A DNA stretch of 35,970 nt from positions 1 to 35,970 of the forward strand of contig JAQGDQ010001531.1 in assembly GCA_030141605.1 (NCBI GenBank), in the 5' to 3' direction. Each line of letters starts with the position of its first letter. Position 1 is the stretch's first letter. The stretch is from Tubiluchus corallicola. Taxonomy: Eukaryota; Animalia; Priapulida. Below, one piece after another: positions 28,602 to 35,970 of this stretch. The notes beneath the pieces are model-generated. The model was not told the DNA's origin and searched no databases. It saw only the letters and a program-made list of their open reading frames with translations. Position numbers and translations under genes: made by a program.

Positions 28602-31600
28602 TGTAACGGCAATATGCATAACGACACCTATGTATTGGAAGGTGCTGCCCTCTACGAGTGAGGAGGAAAGGACAGGAGGGGAACAATGGTGGTCGTGTTT
28701 TTTTGATCACAGCAATGTTTTTGTCGTTATTGTGTTACATTTAATAACATCGTTTAGTCATAACCGAATTTTGTACCTTGAGAAATTTTAAATCTTGACG
28801 AAGAGCCAACAATGTGAGTTACATCAATTTGAATAATTTAATTAAGTTGTGAATTCAATCTCTCAAGTTTGAGGAAGTACTTTGCCAATAAGTTGACTTC
28901 TTTGTAATTAATGAGCTTCAGTTTATCATTTTATTCATTTTCTTACTTGTTAATGTTCTTTTTATTATTCTGTTTAGAATAAACGACTTTGGAGCATGAA
29001 TCAAATAGTGAAGGCTTTCTGTTCATAACAGTTTATTATTGGCTCTTCCACCATGGCTGTAGTACACTTCAATATTCTATCATTATTTGCGAATAAATCT
29101 ATTTGTTACGCCAGTGTTACGAGAAATAGTGTTATGGTAGACGAGGAGGCCAGATACCAGAGAACCCGGTAGCATAATTTTGGACAATAGATCATTGCCT
29201 GAAAAGACAATAATCGTCAGTAAAAAGCTGTCTAAGCCTTGAAAAATTACTATTCTTTGAGCAACATTTTACAAGCAGTCCTCGAAACATGCTTCACTGT
29301 CCAGACGAACAGCCAATCAGCATCTTACACACCAGTGCGACGTAGTAAATGTAGTGAATGCCGTACAGCGAGCAACCAATCAATATCGAACACAAGCCTG
29401 TGACGCAGGCGACCTTGCAGAGGTCAGGAAGAAACGTACTCTGGGCGAACCTGACTCCCAGTGAACCTTCATCGAGCTACAGCGCACGTGATTGTCTTCA
29501 AATAATATACAGCTTCAACTAAGGAGCCCTGGGAACTAGGAACATGAACCGCAAGAGATACGGCGAATGTAAACAGACCTGCTGGTATCCAGCCAAGTAG
29601 TAAACTCCCACGCTGCCGTGCATCAGCTGATCTAATCGAAGCAAGTTAGAGATATAGCACTTATTGTGTACAGTTTATTGAAGTTCGAAAATATGATATT
29701 ATGCAATGTTTGTGTTGTGTCAAATGTTTTCAGTGAACAACGCTGAATCGACTGCTCATTTTGACAAAATTTACACCGTGCTGTACCTGCTTAAAAAATT
29801 CGAAAATCTACTAAGTTACCCAACATAATCTACAATGCTTAATCAAGCATTATCCTAAGACTGTGAAAGCTCAACAGAAAGCATGGTTGAATGTTGAACT
29901 AATTTGCAATATGGGGTTTAATTTAATAATTACGTTTTCTTTAATCGGTATAACATTAATACATGGTAAGTGAACTGCTGCTATACCAAGCCACGATTTA
30001 TGTTAAAGTGTGAGATCTGTGGTAAAGCTCTTGTCTACATATTAAGGCCATAGGTTTGCTGTTACACGCTGTCTGTATGTTTGTATGTTTACCGGCACGT
30101 AGAATCCGGGTATTTAATGACAGTTTGAATAACTTTGGTGAAACGTAGAATTTATGCCTCATATTTAAGCGTCTGATAAGTTTTAAGTACAAATAGCAAC
30201 TATAGCTTTAGAATGATACATGTACATTTAAGTACAATAGGATTGTAATTTTTAATGCTTATGTAGTGTGTATCATATAGCTTATGTTAATGTTGCTTGG
30301 TAACAAAGCAGAATGAGCAGGTTTTAAGTGCACAACGTCAACAGACAAAATATGGAAAAGGATCTCTTCAAGCCAAAAGCTGATCTCTCAGCCGAGGCAA
30401 TTGGCTTCGAAAAGTCAGTTGAACAAGGCGACAAGGAGCAAACATTAGGGGGTGACGATTGCCCAGCATATTTACAAGAATGCAAAAGAAGACTAAGTAC
30501 ACAGCAGGGTCGATTAACAAAAAAGATAAATTACTTGATGAAAAATCTACAAGAATGGAAGCAAGATGAGCTCCTTTTAAAGCAAGCTGAATTAGAAAAT
30601 ATCGTTACAGACTACAAAAATTCCTTTGAAGATTGTTACGCAGCTGTTAGGGAATGTAATGGAACCCCTGATGAGATTGCTAAGATGCGAGAGGGATATA
30701 AATTTGTCATGGGAAACGTTAATGAAATGCACGCAAAAATAAATTCTTGTCTAAAACCCATCCAGGATGAACACGACCAGTCACATAGTAAAGACAACCA
30801 TTCCATTGCTGGGAGTAGCGGAAAGCTCAGCTATAAAAGCGTAAGCAGTGTTGCCAGTGCACGGGCCATGGTAGCAGCAAAAAGAACCGCTCTACAAGCA
30901 AAGGCATCCATCATGGAAAAGATGAGAAACCTTGAGCTTTGTGAATATCAGAGAAGAGCAAAGGCAGAAAAGGAGCAGCGATTGTATCAAATGAAAATGA
31001 GCGAATTGGAAGAACAAGCTGAAATTAAAATGCTGGAAGCTGAAGAAAGGGTGCTCGCCAAGTTTGAAGTCGATGAGAAAGTAGAAGAAGAAGAAAAGAA
31101 GGAACTCCCATCTTTGCTTGCATATAAAAGGGATGAGACAAAGCGGTGGGTTGAAATGTGTGAAGAAGCAGTGAGACAGCCAAATCATTCATCTCAAGGA
31201 AGTGCACCAATCTCAACACGATGTTGTGGTTGTGACAATAGATGTGATGATGTATGTCATGCTCACAGCGAAGGAAACAAAACACACACAGGAGAAATAA
31301 GTCGGCAAATAAATGAGCACAAGATTGCTTCTGAAAGTGCAAGCTTGCCTAAGGTGGAGATGATGTATTTTGATGGAGACCCATTAAAGTTTCATCTGTT
31401 TATGAAGACTTTTGAACACGCAGTAGAGAGAGTTTCTGTAGATAGTCATGCCAATCTTCTGCGCTTATTACATTATTGTACAGGAAGAGCAAGAAAGGTG
31501 GTGGAAAGCTGCTTGCTCATGCCTCCTAATGAGGCCTACGCAAAGGCGAAGAAGATGCTTTATGAGCATTTTGGGAATTCTTACAACATAGTTGAATCTT

Positions 31601-34600
31601 GGCTAACACAGATTAGAGAAACGAAGGCTGTTAAGGGCCGAGAAGAATTAATGCATTTTGCAGATGACTTGAGAATGGCTCAAGGAATACTGGCCAGTAT
31701 TAACAAAAGAGAAGAAATAAATAACCAAACAAATCTTTTGTGTATACTTGAGAAACTCCCAATTTATCTCCAAACAAGGTGGAAGACAGAGGCATATAAA
31801 ATTAGAATGAGCCAAGAAAGGAGTCCAACGATTGATGATGTAGTTCATTTTGTGGAAACAGCAGCTTTAGAGGCAAATGATCCAGTTTTTGGGAATTTAG
31901 GATATATCGACCGAGAAAGAAAGGAAACCCAGAAACTCACAACAAGAAAGGATGCTAAAGCAAGTTGCCAAACAAGTTTTTTATCTAAAATAGCAGGCGA
32001 ATCGAAGAGATCTACATGTAGCATTTGCACTGGTGAACACTTTATAACTGAATGTGCAGACTTTAATGCCATGAAGCCTGAAGAAAGACTGGAGCTAGCC
32101 AGAGAGAAGAGACTTTGCTTTAAATGTTTAAAGCCCAATCATAGCAGCTATGAGTGTCGTATGAGCAAAAGATGCAATGTCTGTCAAAGAAGCCATTCCA
32201 CTTTCTTACACCTGAGTAAATTTAAGCAAGGCAGGCAGGATGATGAAGATAGCGATATGAGAGAAGCTAGCAGCAAGTGTTCTGTCCAAGATGGTTATGT
32301 TGAAAGATATACAGTGCGCAAAAGGATTATTTTACCCGTTGTAAAGGTTCTTGTACAATCTCAAAAACAAAGAATGCCACTCGAGACTCTGGCTTTCTTG
32401 GATTCAGGTAGCACAAATACATTTTGCACTGAGGAGCTAGCCGCTAAATTGGGCGTAGATGGAAAGGATGTTGCCTTATCACTGACTACTTTGGAAAGGG
32501 AAAATAGCGAATTTACAGCCAAGGTGGTGAGTTTGCAAGTGATGAGCATGGAAAAAGATGAATGCATAACGCTTCCTGATGTGTACACCAGACCTTCGTT
32601 AAGATTAAAGGGAGAAACTCTGCCAGAATTGAAAGATCTAAAAAAATGGCCACACTTGCAGGACATACCATTGACCTCTGGCGGTTTGGGAGAACCTGAA
32701 GTGGGGCTTTTGATTGGTCAGGATGTGCCTATCGCGATGATTCCATTAGAGGTCAGAACAGGGCCACGAGGAGCTCCTTGGGCATCCAGGACTATACTAG
32801 GGTGGGCTCTTAATGGGCCAATAGGGTACACAAGCAGCAAAGCAATCATCAGTAACTATGTCCAAGCCACTGCAGATCTTGACAGCATTGTCGCCCAGTT
32901 TTGGCAGATGGAAATGTGTGAAGACGAAAATCATTATTCCAAAGAAGATGTCAAGGTGATCAAATTGTGGGAGGATTCAGTAACCCTAACTGAGGATAAT
33001 CACTATCAATTGCCCATACCATTCCGAAGTGAGAATCCTGAGCTTCCAAACAATTTACCTGTGGTACAGTCTATGCTGCAGGGGCTCAAGAACAAGTTAC
33101 AAAGGGACAATGCATTGCTAGAGAAGTATTCTGCAGAAATCTCAAATATGATGAATAAGGGTTATGCTGAGGAAATAAATGCCAAAGGTGTTAATGGAAG
33201 ACCTGGAAAGATATGGTATTTGCCCCATTTTGCAGTCAGAAATACAAACAAACCAGATAAAACGAGAATCGTCCTTAATTGTGCAGTTCAATTCGCAGGT
33301 ACTACTCTAAATAGGAACGTTATGCAGGGTCCTGTTTTAACAAATAAACTGATCGGTGTTTTGCTTAGATTTAGAGAAAACCAAATAGCTTTGATGGCTG
33401 ATATTGAATGCATGTTTCACCAAGTGAAGGTGCCTGCAGAGGATCGCGATGTCCTTAGATTTTTATGGTGGGAAAATGGTTGTTTAAACACGGAACCAAA
33501 GGTCTACAGAATGACTGTTCACACATTCGGTGGAATATGGTGTCCAAGTGTTGCAGCCTTTGCACTCCAAAGCGTTGCAAAGCATAACCGGCATTTGTAT
33601 GATGAAAACATAATTCAGACACTGCTGAAAGACTTCTATGTTGACGATTGCCTAACCTCAACTGTAAATGAAGAGAAAGCCAAGCACATGTGTCAAAAAC
33701 TGAGTGATCTATTGGCTCGAGGTGGCTTTCGTTTAACTAAGTGGTGCAGCAACAGTAGAAGTGTCCTTGAATCCATCCGAGAAGAGGAGCGGCGAAAAGG
33801 TGTTAAGAATCTGGATCTAGAAGCACATACTTTGCCAGTAGAAACGGCCTTGGGAATTTTCTGGGACATGGAAATTGATCAGTTCAAAATCCATGTAAAC
33901 CAAAGACAAAAACCATTGACTCGCCGTGGCCTACTAAGTGTGGTGTCATCAGTTTATGATCCTGCAGGCATAATTTCTCCTTTTGTTCTACGTGCCAAGC
34001 TTATGTTCCAGGAAGAAACCCGCCTAAGAAAGGCATGGGATGAACCCCTGGAAGAGCACACTGCCAGAAAATGGAAAGTTTGGCAAGAAGAGCTTATGAC
34101 ACTGGAAAACATGAAGGTAGCTCGTTGCTTGAAACCAGAGCATTTTGGGACCGTAAATAACACTCAATTGCATCATTTTAGTGATGCATCAGAAGTTGCC
34201 TTTGGAACAGTGTCCTACGTGCGATTCGAGAACAACGATGGAAAAGTACATGTCTCCTTCATCTTGGGCAAATCACGCTTGGCACCTATGAGGGGTATGA
34301 CAATTCCCAGACTGGAGCTTTCTGCAGCCATGCTATCAGCTAGAGTAGATCACATGTTACGACAGGAATTTAACATGCACATTGATGAATCCATATTCTG
34401 GACGGACAGCTCAATAGTATTAGGCTACTTGAATAATGAAGTTGCAAGGTATAAAACCTTTGTTGCCAATCGTTTGGCTGTCATTCAGGAACTAACTTCA
34501 CCACAACAATGGCACCACCTACCAGGAGCAGACAATCCAGCAGATGATGCAACAAGGGGAATTGCAGTATTAGATCTGGTGAAGGAAAGCAGGTGGATAA

Positions 34601-35970
34601 ATGGCCCCACATTTCTGAAAACCAAGCGAGAGCAATGGCCAAAGATCGGTGATAGTATCAAAGGCAAAGATGTCTCAGATGATTCTGAAATTAAGAAAAG
34701 TCCTATGGTGGTCTACACGTCTAAAGCAGTAGAAAAGGATGATAATGTCATCGACATGTTGTGTGAGCATTATTCAAATCTGCATCGGCTAAAAAGATGT
34801 GTAGCTTATCTCCTACGTCTGAAACGATTGTTGAGAGACAAAGTACTTAAGAGGGTCAATGCTATTTCAAATCACGCTGCCCTTTCTTTGAAGGAACTAA
34901 TGGAGGCTGAGGAAGAAATCATTAGACATGTGCAGTACATACACTTCAAAGAAGAGCTCACAGGACAGAATGTACTCAAAACCAGTCATTTGTATCAATT
35001 GGACCCTCAGAAATCAGATAAAGGCATATTGGTAGTTGGAGGCAGACTAGCCAAAGTTCCTTTAGCTAAACAAGCTAAGCACCCAATAATACTGCCAAAA
35101 AACCATGTTTTTTCTCGCCTAGTTGTCCTACACTACCATGAGGAAAACTGCCATGCTGGATGCAATTACACTATGTCTGTAGTCAGAGGCAAGTTTTGGA
35201 TCATTGGACTGAGAACTATCGCAAGAAAGATTATAAAGGACTGTCGCAGGTGCAGACATTTGTATGCACCCACGCTGGGCCAAAAGATGGCTGACTTACC
35301 CAGCGACAGGGTTTCAAGAGATTCAGTGTTCTCTTCAGTGGGGGTAGATTGTTTTGGGCCCTTTTGGGTAAAGAGAGGGCGCACATCTGCTAAGAGATAT
35401 GGATGTTTATTTACGTGCATGGCAGTACGATCTATTCATCTAGAAGTTCTTTTTGACATGACCACTGATAGCTTTGTTAATGCCCTCTTCCGATTTATTA
35501 GCAGGAGGGGAAAGCCAAATGTGATCAGGTCGGACCATGGGACAAACATAGTTGGAGCAGACAGGGAGCTTCAAAAAGCTATGTTAGGCTGGAACCATCA
35601 GAACATCACTAGTCAGCTACATCAACGTAACATAGAGTGGGAGTACAATCCACCAGCTGCTTCACACATGGGAGGTTGTTGGGAAAGGATGATAAGATCA
35701 GTCAGAAGGATATTGGTCCACCTTTTAGATGGACAGACCCTTGATGATGAAGGATTATCCACTGTATTCTGTTTAACGGAGGCAATAATTAATGGAAGGC
35801 CATTAACGCCGATTTCAGATGATCCAAAGGATGCAGAACCATTGACACCAAATCATCTGCTTTTAGCTCACAATGCTGCCTCACTGCCACAAGGAGTGTT
35901 TTCTGAGTCTGATCGTTACAGACGCAAGTGGCGACACATTCAACACTTAGTGAATGTCTTTTGGAGCAGA
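28602..35970 (+). mobile_element. BEL/Pao LTR retrotransposon inside SGF29 intron 2; 5' boundary uncertain
   Basis: Domain order gag-PR-RT-RH-IN with YVDD. Candidate 5' LTR 28602 (TGTAACGG) to 29219 (...CGTCA|GTAAAAAGC) containing AATAAA; alternative starts TGTTACG at 29104 or 29115. The 3' LTR is outside the window, so the ends are unconfirmed. Confidence 0.8.
30352..35970 (+). CDS. BEL/Pao retrotransposon gag-pol polyprotein (3' end outside window)
   Basis: One frame of 1873+ codons. Gag LPKVEMMYFDGDP, three Zn knuckles (CSICTGEHFITEC, CFKCLKPNHSSYEC, CNVCQRSHSTFLH; ~32018-32210), protease FLDSGS (~32395), RT FYVDD (~33634), RNase H HHFSDAS (~34171), integrase HHCC plus GVDCFGP, RSDHGTN and GGCWER. 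Confidence 0.96.
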   Translation, partial: MEKDLFKPKADLSAEAIGFEKSVEQGDKEQTLGGDDCPAYLQECKRRLSTQQGRLTKKINYLMKNLQEWKQDELLLKQAELENIVTDYKNSFEDCYAAVRECNGTPDEIAKMREGYKFVMGNVNEMHAKINSCLKPIQDEHDQSHSKDNHSIAGSSGKLSYKSVSSVASARAMVAAKRTALQAKASIMEKMRNLELCEYQRRAKAEKEQRLYQMKMSELEEQAEIKMLEAEERVLAKFEVDEKVEEEEKKELPSLLAYKRDETKRWVEMCEEAVRQPNHSSQGSAPISTRCCGCDNRCDDVCHAHSEGNKTHTGEISRQINEHKIASESASLPKVEMMYFDGDPLKFHLFMKTFEHAVERVSVDSHANLLRLLHYCTGRARKVVESCLLMPPNEAYAKAKKMLYEHFGNSYNIVESWLTQIRETKAVKGREELMHFADDLRMAQGILASINKREEINNQTNLLCILEKLPIYLQTRWKTEAYKIRMSQERSPTIDDVVHFVETAALEANDPVFGNLGYIDRERKETQKLTTRKDAKASCQTSFLSKIAGESKRSTCSICTGEHFITECADFNAMKPEERLELAREKRLCFKCLKPNHSSYECRMSKRCNVCQRSHSTFLHLSKFKQGRQDDEDSDMREASSKCSVQDGYVERYTVRKRIILPVVKVLVQSQKQRMPLETLAFLDSGSTNTFCTEELAAKLGVDGKDVALSLTTLERENSEFTAKVVSLQVMSMEKDECITLPDVYTRPSLRLKGETLPELKDLKKWPHLQDIPLTSGGLGEPEVGLLIGQDVPIAMIPLEVRTGPRGAPWASRTILGWALNGPIGYTSSKAIISNYVQATADLDSIVAQFWQMEMCEDENHYSKEDVKVIKLWEDSVTLTEDNHYQLPIPFRSENPELPNNLPVVQSMLQGLKNKLQRDNALLEKYSAEISNMMNKGYAEEINAKGVNGRPGKIWYLPHFAVRNTNKPDKTRIVLNCAVQFAGTTLNRNVMQGPVLTNKLIGVLLRFRENQIALMADIECMFHQVKVPAEDRDVLRFLWWENGCLNTEPKVYRMTVHTFGGIWCPSVAAFALQSVAKHNRHLYDENIIQTLLKDFYVDDCLTSTVNEEKAKHMCQKLSDLLARGGFRLTKWCSNSRSVLESIREEERRKGVKNLDLEAHTLPVETALGIFWDMEIDQFKIHVNQRQKPLTRRGLLSVVSSVYDPAGIISPFVLRAKLMFQEETRLRKAWDEPLEEHTARKWKVWQEELMTLENMKVARCLKPEHFGTVNNTQLHHFSDASEVAFGTVSYVRFENNDGKVHVSFILGKSRLAPMRGMTIPRLELSAAMLSARVDHMLRQEFNMHIDESIFWTDSSIVLGYLNNEVARYKTFVANRLAVIQELTSPQQWHHLPGADNPADDATRGIAVLDLVKESRWINGPTFLKTKREQWPKIGDSIKGKDVSDDSEIKKSPMVVYTSKAVEKDDNVIDMLCEHYSNLHRLKRCVAYLLRLKRLLRDKVLKRVNAISNHAALSLKELMEAEEEIIRHVQYIHFKEELTGQNVLKTSHLYQLDPQKSDKGILVVGGRLAKVPLAKQAKHPIILPKNHVFSRLVVLHYHEENCHAGCNYTMSVVRGKFWIIGLRTIARKIIKDCRRCRHLYAPTLGQKMADLPSDRVSRDSVFSSVGVDCFGPFWVKRGRTSAKRYGCLFTCMAVRSIHLEVLFDMTTDSFVNALFRFISRRGKPNVIRSDHGTNIVGADRELQKAMLGWNHQNITSQLHQRNIEWEYNPPAASHMGGCWERMIRSVRRILVHLLDGQTLDDEGLSTVFCLTEAIINGRPLTPISDDPKDAEPLTPNHLLLAHNAASLPQGVFSESDRYRRKWRHIQHLVNVFWSR

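Noticed and set aside
30892-35420. Minus-strand ORFs within the retrotransposon
   Set aside because: Shadow frames antisense to the gag-pol ORF, with no recognisable motifs.

Overview
AT-rich animal (probably invertebrate) genomic DNA, not prokaryotic. The minus strand carries a spliced ribosomal protein S6 kinase beta gene (p70 S6K / RPS6KB). Thirteen coding exon positions from ATG 24036 down to 990 join in frame (1256 nt, 418 codons) and contain the TOS motif, the full kinase domain, and the turn and hydrophobic motifs; the last exon(s) probably lie left of the window. Exon 9 is present twice as tandem 108-nt copies (9177-9284 and 8867-8974), which look like mutually exclusive exons. The 202-nt intron between them is mostly a long stem-loop that could enforce the exclusivity; this is the main find. 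Head-to-head on the plus strand are the first two coding exons of SGF29 (CCDC101). Its second intron holds an apparently intact BEL/Pao LTR retrotransposon whose ORF runs from 30352 past the window end and is missing from the ORF track. The introns are rich in MITEs, a Nin/Deu-type tRNA SINE, LINE fragments and minisatellites. Two of the minisatellites expanded inside MITEs whose unexpanded siblings lie nearby. All calls come from manual reading and recalled homology; no database searches were run.
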